From Octopus sinensis (taxonomy: Eukaryota): 64,000 nt of DNA. Within the stretch, counting starts at the first letter, position 1; each line of letters begins with the position of its first letter. The stretch spans positions 50,964,001-51,028,000 of the forward strand of contig NC_043015.1 in the NCBI RefSeq assembly GCF_006345805.1, written 5' to 3'. The translations under genes were made by a program, and so were the position numbers. Below the pieces are notes generated by a model, which saw only the letters and a list, made by a program, of their open reading frames with translations, was not told where the DNA came from and searched no databases. This document shows, piece after piece, positions 53,771 through 64,000 of the stretch.

Positions 53771-55634
53771 AAGATAATAAATAATAAGAAATAATAATAG
53801 AATAAATGTACTTATCTTAACTTATACTAATTATCAAATAAATATATAAAAATATGTGTATTAACTATAAATAATCGAAAAACATTTAATGATATTACTT
53901 AAAATAAAAATATTACTTATCTTTTCGAAGGATTTCCGTTAACTCAGATGTTTAATTATGTTTTGGAATTATATTCCCTACTATTATTATTATTATCATC
54001 ATTATTATTATTACTATTATTATTATTATTATTATTATTATCATTAATTTTATTATATATATATATATATATGTGTGTGTATGTATGTTTTGGTTTTTGT
54101 GAGGAATGATGTGTCATGGCATTAAATTTATTCCACTGCTTTTGTGAGTGCATATAAACCACTTTATTTATCATAATTTGGTTGAAAATTTCCATGAATA
54201 ATTAGTACAAAATTTCAAATGGCATATTCCATAATTAAAAATCTGATATTTGCTTTCACAAGAAAAAGAAATGTTAATTGACTAATTAATTATGCAGAAA
54301 AATTAGTTAAAAACTTACAGATTACTACTTGTTCTTGAAAATGCTTAATTAAACAAAACCAGAAAAAAAAAATTGAATTAATTTTTTGACATGTTTATTG
54401 TTATGTGTTCCCACAATGGTAATTTCTGCTTGTTTTGCTTCAATTACATTTAATTAATTGTAAAAATAATTTTTGCAGTATGTCATAGAGATTTAAACGG
54501 TTGCCATAGACTGTGTTCTTGGTAGTCTCTTGAGTCCAAGACAGATGGCTCTGCAATATCATGCTGAATAACCTGCATGGATGATTTGTTTATAGTGATC
54601 AAATGTTTGTGTCTTACATTAGCTCACATCCTCCATCAGATCAACGTGGCCTACACTGGGCCCATGGTATGCCACATGTCAGATGTCAAAGTCATTGCAG
54701 AGTGACATGAGATGAAGTGTTTTATTCAAGAATGCAATGCACTGCCTGGTCACGGAATCAAAACCAAGGTCTCGCACTCGTAGACAGTGTATGGAACTCT
54801 GAAAGGGTGTCTGCTATTTTAGGGTCTGTTTAAGCTGTATCACAGGATAATATACGTTGCATTTTCGAGGGTTATGTCTTTTATTGTTGCTTCAGTCATT
54901 GGACTGTGGCCATGCTGGAGCACCATTTTGAAGGGTTTAGTCAAACAGATTGAACCCGGTACTTATGTATTGTTTTCATTTATCTGATACTTATTCTATT
55001 AGTCTCTATTGCTGAACTGCTAAGTTATGGAGATGTACACAAACAATACCAGTTGTCAAATGGTATGAGTGGGTCTCACACACACACACACACATGCATG
55101 TACCATGTGACGAGCTTCTGCACAGTTTCTATCTGCCAAATTCACTCATAAAGCATTAGATATGAGGCAATATGGGATTATAGGAGAAAACGCTTCCTAA
55201 CGTATTGCATTGTGGGACTGAAACTGAAAACACAAGATTTCAAAGCAAGCCTCTTAACTGCATAGGTATGCCTGTACTTCCTTCGAAAGAAAATTCTAAT
55301 TTTGGTTAATAAGGCTATTAACCCCCTTTTTTATTATTGCACTTTTGCAACAGACTGTGCATTTACATTTTAGATTCGTGATGTCAAAGAGTTTTGGCTT
55401 TGTGAGCCAAATGAACACTTCAGCATTCAGTTTACTCGTTAAATTTAATACTCATTTATTCACATTGTTTTGAATTAATCATGCATTATCTTGTAGCTTC
55501 AAGATTTCAATAATCTGATTGCTTATTTTTAGAGTGACATTGTAGGGTAGGTGTGAGAGGCTGGATCTGGCTAGTTTGAACCTAAAACAGGTAGACTATT
55601 TGGGCTGGTTACAACTGGTTTAATTGCTAAAGTG

Positions 55635-56370
55635 TTAACCCTTTAATTACCAACCCGGCTGAAACTGTCACTGGCTCTGTAGTATAAATGTCTTGTTTTC
55701 ATAAGTTTTGAATTAAAATCTTCCACCAAACCTTAGTCACAATTTATGTTCCTAACACTAGCTGAATGATAACTAAATTATTTTACTAAATTCTTTGTTA
55801 TATTTGAAGTAATTGGAAGAAACACAGAGCATCTCAAAAGAAACATGGTAACAAAAGGGTTAAAATATGTAATAGAGAAACAATTCTTAACCCTTTTGAT
55901 ACCAACCCAGCTGAAACTGGCTCTGGCTCTGTAGTACAAATGTCTTGTTTTCAAAAGTTCTGAATAAAAATCTTCCACCAAACCTTAGTTACAATTTATG
56001 TTCCTGGCACAAGCTGAATAATAGCCGAGTTGTTTTACTAAATTCCTTGTTATATTTAAAATTAATTGAAAGAAATGCAGAGCATCTCAACAGAAATATG
56101 GTAACAAAAGGGTTAAAATATATAATAGAGAAACAATTCTTAACCCTTTTGATACCAACCCAGCTGAAACTGGCTCTGGCTCTGTAGTACAAATGTCTTG
56201 TTTTCAAAAGTTCTGAATAAAAATCTTCCACCAAACCTTAGTCACAATTTATGTTCTTAACACTAGCTTAACGATAACCAGGTTATTTTACTAAATTCTT
56301 TGTTTTATTTTATAATTAATTGAAAGTAACACAGAGCCTCTCAAAATAAATACAGTAATGAAAAGGTTAA
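55635..56370. mobile_element. Three tandem TTAA-flanked piggyBac-like MITEs (~252-bp period)
   Basis: ttaa-cccttt starts at 55635, 55887, 56140; aaag(g)g-ttaa ends at 55863, 56116, 56370. Confidence 0.8.
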
Positions 56371-56975
56371 AGCATAAATTGGATCTCGAAGGTTGGATAA
56401 GGACAAATATTCCTAAAAACCTTATTCATGATGTTGGCCAGAGTAAATGGATAAAAGGTGTTAATATACTTTATAACAACTTTATTAACAATAAAAGAAA
56501 GAACATGAACTTTTGCAAAGTTTGTGTGCAGAGATATATGGGAAAAATTCGTCCTTATAGTGAGAAGAACAGGGATAGAAATTGTCCAGATAAATGCATA
56601 CAACTTTTGAGAAGGCCAATACTTGATAAAATTCTCAGTATGTATAGACAAAGTGCAAGGGAAAGAAGTCACATCTGTCAGCATATGAATTTATAAGTTT
56701 CTTTTTTATTGGTTGAAACAACAAAAGATTCTTTAACTTTCACTGATTTGACTAATCAGAAACCAGTGTTATTCACAACTCTAGTCAGGTTCCAATTCTG
56801 AATACATGCTAGTGATTTATATTTGACAGAATATTTTAAAATTTACAAATAATAATAATATATTTTCATATTGAAACTAAGTCAGGAATTGAACCAATCA
56901 TTGCTGTGACTGGATATTGGACACTCCTGTTTTTGACTGTGCAGCTACACCATGTTTACATTGGTTTCATTTCCA

Positions 56976-57019
<44 letters not shown>

Positions 57020-57054
57020 CATATATATGATTGGAAATATATATATATATATAT

Positions 57055-57447
57055 AGGCACAGGAGTGGCTGTGTGGTAAGTAGCTTGCTAACCAACCACA
57101 TGGTTCCGGGTTCAATCCCACTGCATGGCACCTTGGGCGAGTGTCTTCTACTATAGCCTCGGGCCAACCAAAGCCTTGTGAGTGGATTTGGTAGATGGAA
57201 ACTGAAAGAAGCCCATCGTATATATTTGTGTGTGTGTTTGTGTGTCTGTGTTTGTCCCCCCACCATCACGTGACAACCGATACTGGTGTGTTAATGTCCC
57301 TGTAATTTAGCGGTTTGGTAAAAGGGACCGATAGAATAAATATTAGGCTTACAAAGAATAAGTCCTGGGGTCAATTTGCTCGACTAAAGGTAGTGCTCCA
57401 GCATGGCCGTAGTCAAATGACTGAAACAAGTAAAGGAATAAAAGAAT
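57055..57447 (+). mobile_element. Near-complete SINE family B copy (aggcacaggagtggctgtgtggtaag...gtcaaatgactgaaacaag)
   Basis: tRNA-like A/B boxes (tggctgtgtgg; gggttcaatccc), internal (TA/TG)n; other copies at ~9388, 26814, 36412, 48421, 52444, 59185, 59631. Confidence 0.85.
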
Positions 57448-58140
57448 ATATATATATATATATATAGTAAGATGAGAAAATAAAGAGGTAATTAATAAAT
57501 TATTATTTATTAATTAAAAAATTGACAATTTATTAATTACCTGTCTATTTTGTCATGTTATTTTAATAAATAAAATATTTATAAACCATGGTTTATATAA
57601 TTATGTTGCAGTTGAGTTTTAAATATGTCCAATGCTCTTCGTATAGGTAATTAACCAGTACTTTAATTGTTCTTCTGTTGTATCTATGTGTGTGTGCCTA
57701 TATCATCATCATCATCATTTAACGTCTGCTTTCCATGGTAGCATGGGTTGGACGATTTGACAGGTCTGGCAAACCAGACTCCAATCTGATCTGGCAGAGT
57801 TTCTACAGCTGGATGCCCTTCATAACGTCAACCACTCCGAGAGTGTAGTGGGTGCTTTTACGTGCCACCGGCATGAGGGCCAGTTTGGTGGTACTGGCAA
57901 CGGCCATGCCCAAATGGTGCTTTTTACGTGCCACCTGCACAGGAGCCAGTCCAGCGGCACTGGTGATGACATCGCTTGAATATATATATATATATCAGCC
58001 AAAATTGCGAGGATGATCCGGTTCTTGACTGAAGATTAGAGGCTTCGAATGACCAGTCCGTTTTTTGTATCATCTATTTGTATGTTTTGCGTTCTTGTCT
58101 CATTTTGTATTTTTTATATATATTTATTTATTTATATATA

Positions 58141-58176
<36 letters not shown>

Positions 58177-58188
58177 TGTATGTATGTA

Positions 58189-58236
<48 letters not shown>

Positions 58237-58856
58237 TGTATGCATGCATGCATGCATGCATGTATCGTTTTAGGCTAGAGTCAAATATTTGAACCTGCAT
58301 ATTCTTACCTAAGATAGTAATGTTCGCTTAGGCACAGAGATGCTTAAATTCTTCCCAGACATGCCTTACGTATGTAGAACATATAGTTAAGCATTGGTTA
58401 TTATGCTTGATATAGTTAAATAAAGGTATTTTCTAATCAGTTGAAATTATGACTGTAATGACATAAAGCCCTCCCCACAAAAATTCAGAGTCTTTAATGA
58501 AAATTCTTGTCTAGAAAGTCATGGGAGAGAACTCTGAAGTGGAAATTGATTAAAAATTAAAGGAAAACTCTGAATGGTCAGTGAATCCAATCTTTTGAAG
58601 GTACACTGACAGTGTTGGATCTGCCAAATTTTTAGTATTTGATAAAATAATTGAAAAACTTGCCATCACATCTGGAAAAAAATTATATTTAGAAAAGAAA
58701 AATCTACAATAATTTTGTAATTTGTCTTTCTTTTCTTCCTCTGAATAATAATGGCTAAATGTAATAACGAAGAAATTTTTTTAGAAGACATTTTTTTTGA
58801 ATTACTGTTTTATTTCCATAATTTTTAATTGTTAAATTTCCTCATTTGTTTTCCAG

Positions 58857-58994
58857 ATTTGGAATTCCTATGGAGTTATTATGTATTCCAGTGCTGCCTA
58901 CGACTATCCGATAACTTCTTTAGCCTGGAATCCTAGTGGAGAACTGTTTGTTGTTGGTTCCTTCAGCAGTCTTCGACTCTGTGATCGCAGCGGG
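58857..58994 (+). CDS. IFT80: IFT80 internal coding exon (138 bp): IWNSYGVIMYSSAAYDYPITSLAWNPSGELFVVGSFSSLRLCDRSG
   Basis: ttccag acceptor, gtaaag donor; similar to vertebrate VWDSYG...[30 protein letters not shown]; gene continues beyond both window edges. Confidence 0.95.
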
Positions 58995-59311
58995 GTAAAG
59001 TCTTTTATTACTTGCTTTAAATACAGAATTAACGATGCCATTAACACTTCAATTGCAGTGAATTAATTACTCTTACTTGTTGTAAATAGCTGGAAACAGT
59101 TTTTTTACCAAACATTCCACAAGAAAACTCCCACCCCTTAATATCAAATATTACAGTTTTATTTAAAATATTACAAATCTCAGTGCAGGCATGGCTGTGT
59201 GGTTAAGAAGTTTGCTTCCCAAGCATGCAAGTTGGGTTCAGTCCCATTGCGTGGCTCCTTGGGCAAGTGTTGTCTTCTATAACCTCAAGCTGATCAATGC
59301 CCTTGTGAATG

Positions 59312-59611
59312 AAAAGTGGCGCAGGCCCGCCAATACTTGCACTGGCCACAGTTGTCATCTTTCGGGAATTTAGGGGACGGACCACGTCGCCGTATCGACC
59401 GCGTGTATCTCGTGACATCCTTCCGGCATCGGTTGCGGGTACGTCCACGTGTATGTGGGCGATACCGTGAGCTTAGGAACCATAGCCGGACCCGAGTTGT
59501 TTTCCAAAAGCGTCTCAACCTCAAGGCGCATGCCTTAGCTCGGCGTTCCCCGTCCGCACGTCGCGTTCGCGCGGCGAGCGGCAGCGTCGCCGGCGGAATT
59601 GCCATTCGGGG
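59312..59611. other. GC-rich, CpG-dense block of unknown origin replacing the body of a SINE B copy
   Basis: Hand count 183/300 G+C (61%) and ~38 CpG; SINE head to the left (...ccttgtgaatg), SINE tail to the right (actgaaacaag). Confidence 0.85.
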
Positions 59612-60154
59612 ACACTGAAACAAGTCTTTTAGGCACAGAAGTGGCTGTGTGGTAATTAGCTTGCTTACCAGCCACATGGTTCCTGGTTCAGTCCCACTGT
59701 GTGGAACCTTGGGCAAGTGTCTTCTACTATAGCCTCAGGTCAACCAAATCCTTGTGAGGGGATTTGGTAGAGGGAAACAGAAAGAAGCCTGCTGTGTCTG
59801 TTTGTCCCCCGCTACCATTGCTTGAAATCGGTGTTGGTGTGTTTACATCCCTGTAACTTAGCAGTTTGGAAAAAGAAACTGATAGAATAAGTACTAGGCT
59901 TACAAAGAATAAGTCCTGGGGTTGATCTGTTTGATTAAAGTCAGTGCTCCAGCATGGCCACAGTCAAATGACTGAAACAAATAAAAGAATAAAAGAATAT
60001 ATTATGCATGTGTGTGTGTTTTCTTTTTTAGTATTCTCATTTGTGAGAGCAGTTGAGTTTATTTCAGATACTCTCATTTTAAAAATCATCTCTGGCTAAT
60101 CATTGAGAGGACATTGGTGTTGCCTTGGTGGAGGTTTGTGCTCTCTGATTGCTC

Positions 60155-60190
<36 letters not shown>

Positions 60191-63100
60191 TATTATTATT
60201 ATTATCATTATTACCTCTGCCTTAGCGAAGGTGGAGGTATTGTTTCAGTTGTGTTTGTTTGTTTGTTTGTCCGTGGACAAGATGTCTCAAGAACTGCTGG
60301 ATGGATTTGGATGAAACATTCAGGGATATTTGGCCTTGTGACTGGCACAAACTGATTAGGTTTTGTGATCAATCCAGTACTGGACAAGGATTCTGGATTA
60401 TTTTTCCTGCTTTTTAACTTAATGTTTGAGAGTACACAGGTTCATTTTTAGTATTCTTGTTTGTGAGAGCAGTTGTTCTTTACTTTAGATATTCCCATTT
60501 TAAAAATCATCTCTGGTTAATCGCTGAGAGGAGATTGGTGTTTCCTTGGTGGAGGTTTGTGCTCTCTGAGTGCTCTTGTTATTATTGTTTTTGCCACTTA
60601 CACCTTGGTGGGGCATCAGTTTTTGATGTATAGAATGTAGATTTGATGTAAGGCTAACAGTTGTTTTGCCTTCTTTTAGCTTTAGTGTATTTATATCTAA
60701 ATTGCTGCAGGTAAACAAACAGAACCGACTTGGCTCTGCAGCTTTGGAGTGAAATTCCTTACTTGCCATTGCAGGCTTTACAGATCCATTCCATTTTACA
60801 GGTGAGATTCATCATAAAAGATAAATAAATAGCAACAATGAAGAGATGGGTCAGTGAGGCTGCTTCATCATGGTTGCTTCATTTACTAGAAATAGCTGCC
60901 AAGTACCTTATATCAAACTCTTCTTATTTCTTTATTGCCCACAAGGGGCTAAACATAGAGGGAGACAGACAAGGACAGATAAAGGGATTAAGTCAATTAC
61001 ATCAACCCCAGTACGTAACTGGTACTTAATTTATCGACCCCGAAAGGATGAAAGGCTAAGCTGACTTTGGCGGAATTTGAACTCAGAATGTAACGGCAGA
61101 CGAAATACTACTAAGCATTTTGCCTGGCATGCTAACATTTCTACCAGCTCACCGCCTTATTATCAAACTCTTCTGTCTTAAGGAGAGTGACGTAGTGGAC
61201 AATATAGTTCCATATGGTCACTTATGGTAGTGCATTGGTCACTCATGGTTTTGTCTTGTGTTTCTTTTGTGGTCAGGCACCTGATTTCCTCCTTATAATA
61301 CCAGTGCACATAGTGGCTCACCACTGAGTGCACTCATCCTGTGTCCACTGGATCCACCTTGTGTGACACCTGTCGACATGGCAAGGGCTTTGACCATCAC
61401 AGTTTATTTAATGCTGGTCAGCCCAGGGGTGCTTTTCATTTCTGTCGGTGAGCATGGCTGTGGTGACCAAAGCAAATACATCTTTTCTCACTCCACTTTT
61501 TCTTTTCACCTCACATCCTCCTTTAACGATGAACATTAAATGAGAATAATAATGATGACCAGATGCCCACAGCTGTAACATCTATGATCATGCATCTACT
61601 TGATCAGGGCTGACCTTGGGATAAACAATAAAAGCAAGATGTAGTGTATTGTTATTTTGAGTGTATTTGGCCAGCCATTGCTTCCTTTAAAAGCCTCCCA
61701 ATATTAGCTTTGGTTGTTTAATTGGAGTGTATTAGTATAGAATGTTACAAGATAGAGATTTGAATTAAGTAGAGCAATTTTTAAGATATTTCTCTTTAAT
61801 TCTCTCCAGAAGAAGGGTTCTCAATGATATACAGAATTGGAACATGGCCGAATAGAATTGTTGGCATTCTGTTGAATTAAATCTATTTGTGTCTTGACTG
61901 AAATCTGATTACAATTCCAGTGAAATCTTCTGTTTAATATGATTGATGTTAGAACTGTAGGAGACGATGACCATGTTGTAATGAGAGCCGAGAATAATAC
62001 TTGGTTCTTTCAATCAATACAAGTATTTAAAAGTTGAAGAGGTTATCACAAGAGAAAGAGAGAGAATCTGCATTAAGGACTAAGCTCGAATGATGTTCAC
62101 ATAAGAGGTTGTAGGAAAGAGGCATTATTATTTGTAGAGCGCTTGGCAAGTTGCCGTACGTCAGGCTGTAGCCGTGTGTCATGTGGCTGTTGTTGCTTTC
62201 ACTCAAGTGTGCCTCTGACATAGCTTATTTCTCAGAACAGAAAACGTTGACCTTTATGTCCCATTGTTTTTGTTATTAGGATCTTGGATGGTGGATGGAT
62301 AAGCTTACAGACTTACAGACAGTTAACAAATGTTATTGTAGTTATTATGTAGATGCAGGCATGGCAGTATGGTGAATGTATTTGTGTCTCAATCACATGG
62401 TAATGGTTTCAGTCCCACTGCATGGCAACTCGGGCAGTTGTCCCCTACTATAGCGTGTGTGCGCGCACACACATATACACACACACACACACACACGATC
62501 ATGCATCCGCATACACACATACACACACATACATAGCCATGCACTCTCTCTCTCACACACACACATGGTCATAAACCATCACATACACACACATGCACAC
62601 ACACACACACGCACACATGATCATGCAACCTCACACACACACTCAGAGCCATGCACTCTCTCTCTCACACACACACACGGTCATGCATGCTCTCACACAC
62701 ACACACACACATAGCCATGCACTCACACACACATACACACACACACACATTTGTGTGTATGTGTGTGTGTGTATGTGTGTGTGTGTATGTGTGTGTGTGT
62801 ATGTGTGAGAGAGCATGGCCTAGTGGTTAGGGTGTTGCATCCATGATCTAACAATCTAGCCATCGTGATTTCAGTTCCTGCACTGGGTGGTGCATTTTGT
62901 TCTTGAGCAAAACACTTCACCTCACACTGCTCTGAAATCACTTTGACTCTTGATGTGTGATGCACCATGCACCTGTTCAGGTAACATCAATTTGATGGGA
63001 GTGAGTGAACTAATGTACAGCTCCTACATTTGTTCCCTATAAACAAATAATTTCTGCAGGTCGTTTGGTAAAAACTGAACACTCCTACATTGTCTTTGAA

Positions 63101-64000
63101 GGGAGATTCCGTCATATACACTGATACCTTGCAATATGAGTGTAATTCATTCCATGGCTGTGTTACGATTTACTCATCTTACAAATCAATTTTCCTCATT
63201 GAAATTAACCAAAATATAATTAATCCGTTCCAGTCCCCAAAAACAACTCAAAAATAATTTTTATGGGTTTTAAAGCAGAAAAGGTGTAGTTACAGGTAAA
63301 ATAACAATTATAAAAAAGAGAATGCAAAACAAATATGTAAACTGGTTTTATTAAATGAATTACTTTACAGATGGGATAATTTGCGTGCTTGTACTGCAGA
63401 TTTCCATTTGTTTTTCAAGATAAAAATTTGCACGAATCTTGGCTCATACAGCAAATTATTCGTACAATGGTACACTTGTACTGTGAGGTTCTACTGCATA
63501 TCTATAAATAGTGAAGGCATTGAATGAAAATAAAAGAAAAATTCAACACAGACAGGTCAAATTTTAACAAATATTGTATTAGAAAGAGAGTCTTAATATT
63601 TTGGACACTAATCCTTCATCAGAAAGTACAGAAGCGTGTGAAAGAGCAAAAATGGTTGAGAAGTGAGAAAGTGTGTGGTGGGGGTGGGTCGGGAGGTGAA
63701 CATAAAAAGGAAAATGTGTATAGAAGTCAGGTGGGAATGTAGTTCTATGGAGGGGAGGAGTTAAGAAGGGTGTGTGTGTGTATGTATGTGTATGTTTGTG
63801 GTGTTTGTGGATATGTGGGTTGAAGTATGTATGTACAGTAGTGCTGTTGGTTAGTGTGTGTGCATGTGTATCTGTGTGTGCTAGATGACAAAAGTGTTTT
63901 ATTGATTGTAGTCTGAAATTTTGCTGGTCAGTTTAAGTATATTGAAAGTATTATTTCTTCAGAGAAAGAAGATAACTAATAAATATCATTGTTTTTAGGT

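Noticed and set aside
56358-56696. 112-aa ORF after the MITE array
   Set aside because: No recognisable domain, starts inside a MITE end, no splice support

Overview
AT-rich, repeat-dense animal genomic DNA; the SINE/LINE/microsatellite repertoire suggests an octopus (inference). The window lies inside one + strand gene, IFT80 (WD40 intraflagellar transport protein). Five internal coding exons are visible (12465-12575, 17872-17940, 19038-19147, 33933-34022, 58857-58994), all AG/GT-bounded and splicing into one open frame. The introns carry RTE, CR1 and R4/Dong-like LINE remnants, several SINE families, Tc1/mariner, hAT and TTAA (piggyBac-like) elements, and long microsatellites; nearly all ORFs in the supplied track are repeat artefacts. 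Most notable: (1) a ~300-bp, ~61% GC, CpG-dense foreign-looking block that replaces the body of a SINE at ~59312-59611; (2) a cluster of hammerhead-ribozyme-like motifs in the 24.8-kb intron (47.7, 48.9, 50.7, 53.7 kb), mostly antisense to IFT80, including one with type III topology inside an insert that splits a SINE; (3) IFT80 codons that differ from conserved residues by a single A>G change, candidates for A-to-I recoding.
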